A program made the position numbers and the translations under genes. Positions 9,252-18,920 of a stretch of DNA of 33,822 bases are shown in pieces. The number at the start of each line of letters is the position of its first letter. The stretch's first letter is position 1. This DNA comes from a virus (lineage: Duplodnaviria > Caudoviricetes), in the IMG/VR virus record IMGVR_UViG_3300030392_001439, positions 1 through 33,822 of that record; one strand, written 5' to 3'. Under the pieces are notes generated by a model that worked only from the letters and a program-made list of their open reading frames with translations, was not told the DNA's origin and did not search any database.

Positions 9252-9651
9252 ATCTGAACAGACATTAATTGTAGATTGCGACGGTGTCATTGCCGACAAA
9301 TCAACCCTTGGAGACTACGGTAACGCCGCCCCCCTCCCTTTTGGCATTGAACAAGTTAACAAACTACACGATATGGGTTATATAATTATACTTTATACTG
9401 CTCGCTACGGAGATAGAGAAAAGGGAAATATCCATAAACAATATGAAAGAGGCTATCGAGAGTGGACCGACTGGCTTGCAAAGCATGGCGTCCAATACCA
9501 CCACGCTTTTATGGGAAAACCCGCAGGCGCTATCTACATTGACGACAAAGCCGCTCGCGTAGAGGGAGATAGCCAAAATGGATGGACACAGGTCTGGAAA
9601 GAAGTTTATAATTTAGAAGGAAAAGATAAATACGGGAACCCCAGCGTATGA
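9244..9651 (+). CDS. HAD-superfamily phosphatase (capsule-biosynthesis phosphatase-like)
   Basis: VDCDGVI motif I, YTAR motif II, GKP...YIDDKA motifs III/IV. Confidence 0.82.
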   Translation: MSKSEQTLIVDCDGVIADKSTLGDYGNAAPLPFGIEQVNKLHDMGYIIILYTARYGDREKGNIHKQYERGYREWTDWLAKHGVQYHHAFMGKPAGAIYIDDKAARVEGDSQNGWTQVWKEVYNLEGKDKYGNPSV

Positions 9652-10700
9652 TTCCAATAGTTTATTTTCGTTCCTCCTCTTTTAATTGTCATCGCTTTTG
9701 CCCGATGCAATATTATCTGGAATATACATTAGGCTGGCGTGGTGAATCAAATCAGAAAGCTGACAAAGGAACTATTGTACACAAAGCTTTAGAAATTTGT
9801 GCCGTATGTAAAAAGGGCGCCCAGGATGGAAAGAAAACAATTAAAGATGATATTGTAGGAAAAGTTATTACTGATTTATATGAACCTGAATATCTAGAAA
9901 CTATTATAGAAAAAGTTTATAAATATTATTCTACAGCATGTAGCCATCATACATGGACTACTAAAGATTTAAAGGACTGTACTGAGTGGACCTGGAAAGC
10001 TTTACGATATAACGAAGGAATGTTTGATCCCAGAAATAGAGATGTAGTTGATGCTGAACCTCATTTTGACATTACACTAGATGAAGAATGGGCTCAGTAT
10101 TCCTATGAAGTCGGAGATGAAAAGCTAGAAGGTCAGCTTTCTTTAAAGGGCACTGTTGATTTAGTAACCGACTTGGGCGACAATGTTTATGAAATTATTG
10201 ACTGGAAGACTGGGCGAAGGCTAGACTGGGCCACAGGTGAAGAAAAGACTCAGGACAAGTTATTACACGACGCACAGTTGCGCATATACCATTATGCTAT
10301 GAAACATATGTACCCTCATGTTAAAACTTTCTTAGTTACTATATATTTTATTAATGATGGAGGAGCCTTTACTGTTCATTTTCAAGATGAAGACTTGGAA
10401 AAAACAGAACAGATGCTAAAAAAGAAATTTCAATTTATCAAAGAAACAGAAAAACCACAGTTGATTAAATCCTGGAAATGTTCTAAGCTCTGTCATCAAG
10501 GCAAAAGCACTTTTGAAAATACAAACATTGATCCTCTTATAGAACGACGTACTGGATATCCTACTCGATATGGTCAATACATGACCAAGTGCGAGCAAAC
10601 AAATTATATGATTAACGAGTATGGTATTGAATGGGTTACACAAAATTTGGCAAATCCTGATCACGTAATAGGTAAATATAAAGCACCAGGAGAAGTATAA
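9648..10700 (+). CDS. PD-(D/E)XK exonuclease, Cas4/AddB-like
   Basis: CPMQYY, GTIVHKALE, GTVDLV...IIDWKTG, QLRIY, C-terminal CSKLC cluster. Confidence 0.82.
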   Translation: MIPIVYFRSSSFNCHRFCPMQYYLEYTLGWRGESNQKADKGTIVHKALEICAVCKKGAQDGKKTIKDDIVGKVITDLYEPEYLETIIEKVYKYYSTACSHHTWTTKDLKDCTEWTWKALRYNEGMFDPRNRDVVDAEPHFDITLDEEWAQYSYEVGDEKLEGQLSLKGTVDLVTDLGDNVYEIIDWKTGRRLDWATGEEKTQDKLLHDAQLRIYHYAMKHMYPHVKTFLVTIYFINDGGAFTVHFQDEDLEKTEQMLKKKFQFIKETEKPQLIKSWKCSKLCHQGKSTFENTNIDPLIERRTGYPTRYGQYMTKCEQTNYMINEYGIEWVTQNLANPDHVIGKYKAPGEV

Positions 10701-10966
10701 TGAGAGTGCTATGGCTTCTATTGGTAATATTTCATATGTGGGTGGTTATTGGAAATTTATGTTCTTTTTTCGTAGTTCCTTTTTTAACTCCATGGTACAT
10801 AGCATTGCCAATTTGTTCCTTTATTTTCTTAGTTAGTTTTAGTAAAGAAATTAAATGCCCATTGACAAACTGGGAGAATGCCATTAGAATGAAGCTCGGA
10901 AAAAAGAAAATCGGTGGTTTTATTGGATACTATGTCGTTAAACCTATTAGGAAATGCTTAAAGTAA
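10700..10966 (+). CDS. Small membrane protein (DUF2784-like)
   Basis: Two hydrophobic helices then CPLTNWEN and GFIGYY. Confidence 0.6.
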   Translation: MRVLWLLLVIFHMWVVIGNLCSFFVVPFLTPWYIALPICSFIFLVSFSKEIKCPLTNWENAIRMKLGKKKIGGFIGYYVVKPIRKCLK

Positions 10967-12849
10967 TGAACTACATCCCTTTGCATGTCCATTCTGAATA
11001 TAGTTTGCTCGATGGACTTTCTAAAACATCACAAATATCTAAAAGAATAGAAGAAATAGATGCTTCAGCTTGTGTTTTAAGCGACCATGGGACTGTCTCA
11101 GGAGCCGTAGATTTCCATAAAACTTTAAGTGATAACGATCAAAAACCTATTCTAGGATGTGAAATGTATATCTGCTATGGAGACCCTCTCGATAGGACTC
11201 CAGACAATAGAAAGCTTTTTCATCAGGTTATTATTGCCAAAAACCTAGAGGGTTGGAAGGACTTGCTGTCTTTAGTCTCTTTATCTAATAAAAAAGAACA
11301 ATTTTACTACAAACCTCGGGTCAGTTTCGATCAAATCTCCAAAGTTGCCAAAAAAGGCAACCTTATTTCTTTTAGCGGTCACTTAGGTTCCTATGTAGCT
11401 AATGAAATTACAGAAGATGATAATCTCTGTGAAGATTGGGAAAAAAAAGGGACTACAGCTGTTAAATATCTACAAAATATGTTTGGAAAAGATAACTTTT
11501 TTGTAGAGATCCAGGTACTTGATGCTGAAGAAGGAGATATTGGCTATAAAGTAGCGAATTCTTTGCGTGAAATTGCTAAAAAAACAGGGATTCCACCTGT
11601 TGCTACACCCGACGCTCACTACCCCAGGAGAGGGGATGCGGACGACCAAAGAGTGCTTCTAAGCACCTCTTTAAAAAAGAGTATAGGTCAGATTCAAAGA
11701 GATATAAAGAACGGCGTACAGGTGGGTCTGCGGGCCTTCTTTGAGGGTAATAGCTTCCATATTCCAAGTCAGGAAGAGATGCAAAAATGGCATACTGAAG
11801 AGGAACTAAAAAATACAGTAAAAATTGCTGATATGTGTGAGAAATATAATATTCTAAGCACCCCCAATCCTCCTGAATTTACTCCTCCTGGACGCATTTC
11901 TCCCGCTGACTACTTGCGACACCTGTGTCGAGAAGGATGGAAGCAAAAGATGCCTCATGTAGGAAAAGATCATATTCATTTCAAGGAATATGGAAAAAGA
12001 GTTGATAATGAGCTACAAGTGTTTGAAGAGGCCGGTCTATCCAGCTATTTCCTAATCGTCCGTGATATTCTTGAGTTCTGTAGGTCCAAAGGATATCTCA
12101 CAGGACCCGGTCGTGGAAGTGCAGCAGGCTGTATAGTTTCTTATCTAATTGGAATTACTCAAATTGACCCGGTGGAATATGATCTCGTTTTTGAAAGGTT
12201 TTATAATGCAGGTCGAAATGCAGATGGTCGAATATCTATGCCTGACATTGATATTGATGTACCAAAGGATGCCAGAGCTGCTGTAATTGACCATATTAAA
12301 AGTCAGTATGGAAAAGATAATGTAGCTCAAATTGTCACGTTCCAAACCCTTAAAGGAAGAGCATCACTGAAACGTGTTATGCAAGCTCGTGGCAACATTT
12401 CTTTTGAGGAACAAAACAATATCACTAGACATATTATGGATGAGTCTAAAATTGCTGACGATCTCCAAGATATGAAAGAAGAGCTGGGAATTTCCTCTAT
12501 TATCCTTTGGGCTCTAAAAAATAAAAAAGAACATCTCAAAGACTGGTGTATAATTGGAGAAGATGGTACGCTAGAGGGGCCATTTGCAAAGATTTTTGAA
12601 CAGTCTATAAGACTAGAAGGAACAAAAATTATTCAATCGAAGCACGCGGCGGGAGTGGTGGTTTCTCCTAATCCCATTTCTCAAACATGTCCTCTCATCC
12701 ACTCGGCAGATAGAGAAGATAAAGACTCTATCGCTGGCTTGGAAGGACCCAGTTGTGAAGATGTAGGGCTCTTAAAACTGGATGTGCTAGGAATCAAAAT
12801 GCTCGATAAAATTATGGAAGTTCCTAATATACTTAGAGGAAAACAATGA
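10966..12849 (+). CDS. dnaE: DNA polymerase III alpha, N-terminal part (PHP + palm/thumb)
   Basis: LHVHSEYSLLDG, SDHG, GPGRGSAAG, FERF, PDIDID, SKHAAGVV, KLDVLG; ends shortly after the third catalytic Asp; TAATG start at 10966. Confidence 0.93.
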   Translation: MNYIPLHVHSEYSLLDGLSKTSQISKRIEEIDASACVLSDHGTVSGAVDFHKTLSDNDQKPILGCEMYICYGDPLDRTPDNRKLFHQVIIAKNLEGWKDLLSLVSLSNKKEQFYYKPRVSFDQISKVAKKGNLISFSGHLGSYVANEITEDDNLCEDWEKKGTTAVKYLQNMFGKDNFFVEIQVLDAEEGDIGYKVANSLREIAKKTGIPPVATPDAHYPRRGDADDQRVLLSTSLKKSIGQIQRDIKNGVQVGLRAFFEGNSFHIPSQEEMQKWHTEEELKNTVKIADMCEKYNILSTPNPPEFTPPGRISPADYLRHLCREGWKQKMPHVGKDHIHFKEYGKRVDNELQVFEEAGLSSYFLIVRDILEFCRSKGYLTGPGRGSAAGCIVSYLIGITQIDPVEYDLVFERFYNAGRNADGRISMPDIDIDVPKDARAAVIDHIKSQYGKDNVAQIVTFQTLKGRASLKRVMQARGNISFEEQNNITRHIMDESKIADDLQDMKEELGISSIILWALKNKKEHLKDWCIIGEDGTLEGPFAKIFEQSIRLEGTKIIQSKHAAGVVVSPNPISQTCPLIHSADREDKDSIAGLEGPSCEDVGLLKLDVLGIKMLDKIMEVPNILRGKQ

Positions 12850-13142
12850 CAGAAACAGAGTCGGGACTTCCCTACGTTCAGCTTCACACCATAGAAAGTA
12901 TCATAGACGAAGTATTCCATAAAAACACATCTTTTGGAGTCACAGAATTTATTTCTAATATGGAAGATGACAACACGGAAATGTGTATTGTACTGTACTC
13001 GCTTATAGATGCAATTGCAGACCAAATATCCGGTGGCGACAATTCTACGCATGACCAATACGCTGCAATTGCTAAAATTACCTGTCATTTATTATATAAA
13101 AGCTTAGCGAAACAGTTAGAAATTAATACAATGGAGAGTTAA
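12846..13142 (+). CDS. Acidic hypothetical protein
   Basis: 98 aa ORF with ATGA overlap to dnaE-N. Confidence 0.6.
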   Translation: MTETESGLPYVQLHTIESIIDEVFHKNTSFGVTEFISNMEDDNTEMCIVLYSLIDAIADQISGGDNSTHDQYAAIAKITCHLLYKSLAKQLEINTMES

Positions 13143-13144
13143 AA

Positions 13145-13324
13145 ATGACCTATTGGATGTATTGTCCTCAGTGTGAAACGGTCGTAGATGAATTTGAAAC
13201 CTGTTGTTCTCAATGCAAAAAACCTATAAATGTTCTAGAGATTGTAAGCATGGATGATGAAACCTTGGAATTTATGACGGAGCCAACCGACCCTAGAAAG
13301 GCTCCTAGATCGGACTCAGGATAA
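13145..13324 (+). CDS. 59-aa zinc-ribbon protein (missing from the supplied ORF track)
   Basis: MTYWMYCPQCETVVDEFETCCSQCKKP...SDSG*; fills the gap 2 nt after the previous stop. Confidence 0.65.
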   Translation: MTYWMYCPQCETVVDEFETCCSQCKKPINVLEIVSMDDETLEFMTEPTDPRKAPRSDSG

Positions 13325-13387
13325 AGTAGTCGGGATTTAATGACTCATCCCGTTAAGTCGGGATTTACTGGTTCATCCCGATACTTT
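13323..13387 (+). ncRNA. 65-nt dual-variable-loop hairpin H3 (ATGAC / CTGGT), runs into a T7 tract
   Basis: AAAGTA-G-TC-GGGAT TTA-N5-TC ATCCCG-TTAAGT-CGGGAT TTA-N5-TC ATCCC-GA-TACTTT; outer stem fully different from H1/H2 yet perfectly paired. Confidence 0.7.
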
Positions 13388-13416
13388 TTTTACAGGAACT
13401 TTACTCGGAGGATATT

Positions 13417-14097
13417 ATGAATGATCGTTGGATTATAGTATTTGATTGGGAGACTGATGGAAAAAATGCAAATGACTGCAACCCTGTTGAATTGGCTGCT
13501 GTTCCCATTGATCCTAAAAGCCTAGAAATTAAAAGAGAAAAAGGATTTAAAGCTACCATTCGGCCAGATGGTATTGATAAGGAAGAATACTTTACAGACG
13601 ACCGCAAAAAAACTATTGAGTGGCACGCTCAACAACGAGGTGTTAGCTCAGATGATATTATAGATCTCTGGAAAAGTGGTCAAAGCGAAAAAATTGTTTG
13701 GAAAAATTTCTGCAAATACTGTCAACGTTACAACATAGATAAAGCTCCCGGCCAATGGTATACTGAGCCTATTCCAGCTGGTTATAACATCATTGGCTAT
13801 GATTTAAAAATTTGTGAGCGGATAGCACTAAAACATAAGACCAAAATGCCACTATCTACGGTCACAAAACTGGATATTATGGATTTGATGTGGTATTGGT
13901 TTGAAAATCTAGAGGAACCTAGAAATTTTCGACTGGATACTTTTAGGGAATTTTTTGGGATGGAAGCGGAACAAGCACACGAGGCTTTTTCAGACGTTAT
14001 AGATGAAGCAAAACTGTTAGTTCAGTTTTTAAAGTTCCATCGCCGTCAGGCTTCTATAGGAAAATTCAAGGGAGCTTTTGCGAATGAAAACGTTTGA
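13417..14097 (+). CDS. DEDDh 3'-5' exonuclease (DnaQ/epsilon-like)
   Basis: VFDWETDG (ExoI), GYNIIGYD (ExoII), AHEAFSDV (ExoIII); GGAGG RBS. Confidence 0.85.
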   Translation: MNDRWIIVFDWETDGKNANDCNPVELAAVPIDPKSLEIKREKGFKATIRPDGIDKEEYFTDDRKKTIEWHAQQRGVSSDDIIDLWKSGQSEKIVWKNFCKYCQRYNIDKAPGQWYTEPIPAGYNIIGYDLKICERIALKHKTKMPLSTVTKLDIMDLMWYWFENLEEPRNFRLDTFREFFGMEAEQAHEAFSDVIDEAKLLVQFLKFHRRQASIGKFKGAFANENV

Positions 14098-15724
14098 ATG
14101 TGGCTGTATGTTTGAGACGGAAAATGATAAAATTATTTACAATCCAGACATTACAAAGCTACCTCTAAACTGTAAGACTACCTGGGATTTGATTTGTGAT
14201 GGGAATACTAAAGGGGTATTCCAGCTTGAGTCCCAGTTGGGTCGTAGTTTGTCCAAACAGACTGCACCTTCAAATATGGCAGAACTTTCTGATCTCATTG
14301 CTATTATGAGACCAGGATGCTTGGAAGCTATCGTTGATGGAAAAAGCTTAACCCAGCATTATATTGATAGAAAACATGGACGTGATCCTATAGAGTATTT
14401 TCATCCAGCTCTTCAGTCTATGTTATCTTCTACTTATGGTATTCTAGTGTACCAAGAACAGGCCCTCCTCATTGCTCGTGGGATTGCTGGATTTGACCTT
14501 CAAGAAGCTGACATTCTCCGTAAAGCTATTGGTAAAAAGAATGTGGGCCTAATGAAAGAGCTAAAAGATAATTTTATCAATAAGGCGGAAGGTAATAAAG
14601 TGGTCAATAGGGAGCAAGCAGAAGAAATTTTTAGTTGGATCGAAAAAAGCCAGAGATATTCGTTTAATAAGTCACATTCTGTTAGCTATGCCTATAATTC
14701 CTATCTTACAGCTTATACCAAAGCCCATTTTCCTCATGAGTTTTTTACCTCATATTTAAAGAATGCCATTGGGAAGCCCGATACATATGAAGAGATTCAA
14801 GAACTGGTAAATAATGCCCGTGTTATGGATATTGATGTTCGACCTCCTAATATTAAAAACATGAACAAAAATTTTAAGTTATTAGGAGAATTTCCTACCT
14901 TCGGAATGACTGATGTTAAGGGCGTTGGGGGTTCTGTTTATGATAGAATGTTGGAATGTGCAATAGACAATAACATCGAGGTAGCCAACTGTGATTGGAG
15001 TGACTTTTTAATTGGATTTGGCAACTGTATTAAGGTAAACGCATTTGAAGGGCTGATTTTGTGTGGAGCTATGGATTGCTTTAAGTTAAAAAGATCGGCA
15101 ATGAGTCACGAACTACAACATTTTAAAGAATTAAGTAAAAGAGAAGTTCCGTGGATTCAAAATTGTAAAATAAGGCATAAGGATTTTTCGTTGGGCCAAT
15201 GTATCAATCAAATGATACTTGATAACAACTGGAAAGATAAAGACCGTCCTATCTATAGAAAAGATCGTCTTTATGACTTGAATAGTTTAATTGAGTCTTT
15301 AAAAAATCCAGGATATAATTTTGACGACTCACCATCATGGCTAGCTCAACAGGAAGAAAAATACTTAGGAATTGCTTTAACTTGTACTAAAATTGATGAA
15401 TATGATATCAGCAATGCTAACTGTACATGTAAGGAATTTGTAAATGGATTTGACTCTCGTCACGGAATATCTATAGCCGTTCAAATAGAGGGTATACGTG
15501 AATGGAAAATTAAAAACGGGAAGGCTAAAGGTCAAAAAATGGCTTTTATTACTATAAGCGATAGCAGTTGCAGCTTGGATAACACTGTTATCTTCTCTGA
15601 GGAGTGGGTTAAATTTAAACAACACTTTAAAGAAGGGGCAGTATTATTGTTAAGGGGGTCAAGGGATAAAAAAAGGAATAGTTTTTTAATAAAATCAGTT
15701 CATAAGATCAAAAACATAGTTTAG
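14084..15724 (+). CDS. dnaE: DNA polymerase III alpha, C-terminal part (fingers, HhH, OB fold)
   Basis: GNTKGVFQLES, RPG, TYGILVYQEQ, ADILRKAIGKK, YSFNKSHSVSY, PPNI, VKGVG, KMAFITISD; GGAG before ATG 14084. Confidence 0.93.
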   Translation: MKTFECGCMFETENDKIIYNPDITKLPLNCKTTWDLICDGNTKGVFQLESQLGRSLSKQTAPSNMAELSDLIAIMRPGCLEAIVDGKSLTQHYIDRKHGRDPIEYFHPALQSMLSSTYGILVYQEQALLIARGIAGFDLQEADILRKAIGKKNVGLMKELKDNFINKAEGNKVVNREQAEEIFSWIEKSQRYSFNKSHSVSYAYNSYLTAYTKAHFPHEFFTSYLKNAIGKPDTYEEIQELVNNARVMDIDVRPPNIKNMNKNFKLLGEFPTFGMTDVKGVGGSVYDRMLECAIDNNIEVANCDWSDFLIGFGNCIKVNAFEGLILCGAMDCFKLKRSAMSHELQHFKELSKREVPWIQNCKIRHKDFSLGQCINQMILDNNWKDKDRPIYRKDRLYDLNSLIESLKNPGYNFDDSPSWLAQQEEKYLGIALTCTKIDEYDISNANCTCKEFVNGFDSRHGISIAVQIEGIREWKIKNGKAKGQKMAFITISDSSCSLDNTVIFSEEWVKFKQHFKEGAVLLLRGSRDKKRNSFLIKSVHKIKNIV

Positions 15725-15737
15725 GAAGTATAATATA

Positions 15738-16211
15738 ATGGAAGACTTAATTGAAAAAAACATGGGGCTTGTTGCATCTATAGTCAACTCGTTCCACCCG
15801 AAAAATCAAACGGAAAGAGAGGACTATCTTCAAGCTGGTAGGATAGGTCTCTGGAAAGCACTTAAAAATTTCAATCCATCTAAAGGAAATGTACTATCTA
15901 CTTATGCTTGGAATCCCATTCGATGGGAGATTATAAAAGAAATTAAAGTTATGAAGAGAAAAAAGGATCACGTAGATCTTTCCTCTATTAATGTACCTGC
16001 TTATATTGAAAAAGAAAAATTTTGGGAATACCTTCCCGAACTCACTGATGAAGAAAAAATAGTATTAGATTTACGTCTCATGGACTACAGGTTTCATGAA
16101 ATCTGCATGAAGATGGGTAAAAGTAATAACTATATTAAAAAGCTCTTTTATAGTGCTGTAGAAAAAATTAAGGAACAAGAATATGGCCAAGAAAAGGGTT
16201 TTGGTTGTTAG
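15738..16211 (+). CDS. Sigma-70 family RNA polymerase sigma factor (regions 2 and 4 only)
   Basis: NMGLVASI, EDYLQAGRIGLWKA..NFNPSKG..STYA...IR, region 4 LTDEEKIVL...FHEI. Confidence 0.85.
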   Translation: MEDLIEKNMGLVASIVNSFHPKNQTEREDYLQAGRIGLWKALKNFNPSKGNVLSTYAWNPIRWEIIKEIKVMKRKKDHVDLSSINVPAYIEKEKFWEYLPELTDEEKIVLDLRLMDYRFHEICMKMGKSNNYIKKLFYSAVEKIKEQEYGQEKGFGC

Positions 16212-17826
16212 CGAAGCTCACTATGTATTGTCTGGATTTGGCACCTATGCTAATGAATTGTTAACACGGTTGGCCAAAACCAATAAATATGAGCTAGCAG
16301 AATTTGCATCATACGGTCATTACTCGGCTGTTAATGATTTAGATTGGATATTTTATGCCAACTCTCCTGAAGAAGGAGAGGATGCTCAAGGTTATGATCC
16401 TGGAGGGCCTGCCCAATTTGGATCTTGGCGATTTGATAGGGTATGTCTGGATTTTAAACCAGATATCGTTCTATCTTATCGTGATCCGTGGATGGACATG
16501 TTCATAAAAGCTACCCCTACACGTCCATATTTTCATTGGGTTTGGATGCCCACAGTAGATTCTGAACCTCAAAAACAGGAATGGGTACATGGATTTGCAG
16601 AAACAGATGCTTTGTTTGTATACTCAGAGTTTGGCCAAAAAGTTTTAGAAAAACAGGCTACAAAAAATCTAAATATCATCGGCTGTGCGTCACCCGGTAT
16701 TGACCCCACTGTATACAAGCCCGTTTTAAACAAGAAAGCTCATAAGGAATCTTTCAAATTAGATCCAGAATGCTTCATTGTGGGAAGTGTTATGAGAAAT
16801 CAAAAAAGAAAGCTTTTTATAGAGCTGATGAAATCTTTTAGAATATTTTTAGACAATGCTCCCCACGAAATAGCTAACAAAACCTATCTTTATATACATA
16901 CAAGTTATCCAGAAAAAACAGGGTGGGATATTGCAGAAGGTATCATTTCTACAAACCTGTCTGGAAAAGTTTTAATGACTTATAAATGTAGGAGCTGCAC
17001 TAAATTTGATTTAGGTTTTTTTGAAGGACCTATTACTAAATGCAAGAACTGCGGACAGTTTTCTGCTCAGTGCCCCAATGTTACATTCGGTCTCACCATA
17101 CCAGAATTAGTCCAGGTCTACAATCTTTTTGATTTATATGTACAATATGCCATATGCGAAGGTTTTGGGATGCCTCAAGTAGAAGCTGGAGCCTGTGGTG
17201 TGCCCATTGCCGCTACGAACTACAGTGCTATGGAAGATGTATTACGCTGGCTAAAAGGATATAAAATAAATGTTAAAACTATGGCTCGTGAATTAGAGAC
17301 CAATGCGGAAAGAGCCTACCCTGATAACGATCATCTTGCACAAATTATAGAAAAACATTTTTCTTTACCAGAAGATAAAAGAATTAAAAAAGCTATTCAA
17401 ATTAGAACTGCTACAAAGAAAAGATATACATGGGACAAGTGCGCAAAAGTATGGGGAGATTACATAGATTCCTATCAACCTATTGATAAGCAAGGGAAAT
17501 GGGATGCTCCTCCTAAACTTTATCCTCTACCCCCCAGTATTCCCGAGGGCTTAGATAATCAACAGTTCATTATATGGATATATGAAAATCTCTTGCAAGA
17601 ATCCCACAAAGCTTTTGGATATGAGGGAAATCAACTACTGTGTGATTTAACTTGTGGCGCTACAATGAAATATGGAAATGTAGAGCCAGTAGATAGAGAA
17701 AAGCTTTTTAAAACGTATACAGACGTGGCCACAAACAGAATGAGCTGTGAAAAAGCACGGGTTGGAATGCTTACGCTTACTAATGATGCTTATTTAGCAG
17801 AGGCTCACAAAAGGAAAAAGTCATGA
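16183..17826 (+). CDS. GT4-family (GT-B) glycosyltransferase with Cys-rich insertion
   Basis: SGFGT N-terminus, RNQKRK, EGFGMPQVEAGACG; CRSC...CKNC insertion. Confidence 0.85.
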   Translation: MAKKRVLVVSEAHYVLSGFGTYANELLTRLAKTNKYELAEFASYGHYSAVNDLDWIFYANSPEEGEDAQGYDPGGPAQFGSWRFDRVCLDFKPDIVLSYRDPWMDMFIKATPTRPYFHWVWMPTVDSEPQKQEWVHGFAETDALFVYSEFGQKVLEKQATKNLNIIGCASPGIDPTVYKPVLNKKAHKESFKLDPECFIVGSVMRNQKRKLFIELMKSFRIFLDNAPHEIANKTYLYIHTSYPEKTGWDIAEGIISTNLSGKVLMTYKCRSCTKFDLGFFEGPITKCKNCGQFSAQCPNVTFGLTIPELVQVYNLFDLYVQYAICEGFGMPQVEAGACGVPIAATNYSAMEDVLRWLKGYKINVKTMARELETNAERAYPDNDHLAQIIEKHFSLPEDKRIKKAIQIRTATKKRYTWDKCAKVWGDYIDSYQPIDKQGKWDAPPKLYPLPPSIPEGLDNQQFIIWIYENLLQESHKAFGYEGNQLLCDLTCGATMKYGNVEPVDREKLFKTYTDVATNRMSCEKARVGMLTLTNDAYLAEAHKRKKS

Positions 17827-18920
17827 GCATTCTTTTTATAGGTCCTTATAGACAACCAGACGAATGGGGTAAGAGAAGCTTTAACCTCCTTCAGTGTTTA
17901 AAGAAAACCAATCTCGATGTTACCGCGCGCCCCCTTTTTCTTGCATCTTTTCCTCCACGTACTACGGCAGAAGAAACAGAGCATACTAAATTTGATAATT
18001 ATGATATCCTAATACAGCACTCACTTCCTATGCACTTTGTCACAGACACAAGTTTTAAAAAAAACATAGGTGTTATCGACTTAGAAACTATAGACATAGA
18101 CTATAGTGGGTGGTTATATAAACTAAATCTGCTAGATGAGATATGGGTAAATAGTAGTACCGCACAAAAATATCTTTCTATCAAATTTCCAAATAAAACT
18201 GTTCGTTATATACAAAACTCATTAGACACTGAAGTCATAGAAAATGCTACTCCCCCCGAACCAAGCCCGGCTCTTGACCCCAACAGATTTAAGTTTTATT
18301 TTATTGGAGATACAGATCCTAAAAATGGAATTGAAGAATTAATTATAGCATATTATAGAGCCTTTACAAGTCAAGATCAGGTACAGCTTATACTATGTTT
18401 TCCTGGAGTTCCTCCTGAGTCTTTTCAATCATTATTTAAACAATGCGTACAAAAAACAGGTAAACTTTACGAGGAGGCGATCACCCCCTTAGTTCATATT
18501 ATGAATATGCCCCTCGCCGAAGAGCAGGTCACAGCCATTCATATGCAATGTGATTGTATGGTATGCCCCTCCTACACCTTTGCAACACAACATACCCCTT
18601 TAGAGGCGGCAGGGTTTGGAAATAGCCCTATTGTTACTAACGGAACTGGAAGTGCGGAACTATTAACTGATAAAAATGCGTGGCTTATAGAATCTTATGA
18701 AGACTGTTGTGCAATTCCTATAAGACCCTTTCCAGATGTATTTACAGCCAAAGAGACTATCCGAAAACCCATTATAAAATCTTTATCTAATTGTTTAATA
18801 GAAGCATATCAAAACAAATACCTTAGAGATCAAAAGAAATCCCATAGCAACGACCTGTTGCAGCGGATATCTTATGAATCAGTAGCAAAACAACTAAAGG
18901 ACTATTTATGTATCCAGTAA
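17823..18920 (+). CDS. GT4-like glycosyltransferase
   Basis: DEIWVNS, FYFIG...KNGIEELI.AY, CDCMVCPS...LEAAGFG. Confidence 0.75.
   Translation: MSILFIGPYRQPDEWGKRSFNLLQCLKKTNLDVTARPLFLASFPPRTTAEETEHTKFDNYDILIQHSLPMHFVTDTSFKKNIGVIDLETIDIDYSGWLYKLNLLDEIWVNSSTAQKYLSIKFPNKTVRYIQNSLDTEVIENATPPEPSPALDPNRFKFYFIGDTDPKNGIEELIIAYYRAFTSQDQVQLILCFPGVPPESFQSLFKQCVQKTGKLYEEAITPLVHIMNMPLAEEQVTAIHMQCDCMVCPSYTFATQHTPLEAAGFGNSPIVTNGTGSAELLTDKNAWLIESYEDCCAIPIRPFPDVFTAKETIRKPIIKSLSNCLIEAYQNKYLRDQKKSHSNDLLQRISYESVAKQLKDYLCIQ

Noticed and set aside
13340-13372. Kissing complementarity between triplets of different hairpins (H3 ATG with H4 CAT; H3 CTG with H1 CAG), suggesting pRNA-like multimers
   Set aside because: With 10 triplets about 0.7 perfect matches are expected by chance; two is not significant and the other triplets lack partners.
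13323-13391. tRNA genes or simple intrinsic terminators at the hairpin loci
   Set aside because: No cloverleaf or TTCGA T-loop; the conserved internal-loop sequence and fixed 65-nt length exceed what a plain terminator needs, although termination may be a secondary role.
12849-14084. Intein or group I/II intron interrupting dnaE
   Set aside because: No intein terminal motifs, no homing endonuclease or maturase in the gap, and the gap is filled with ordinary coupled ORFs.
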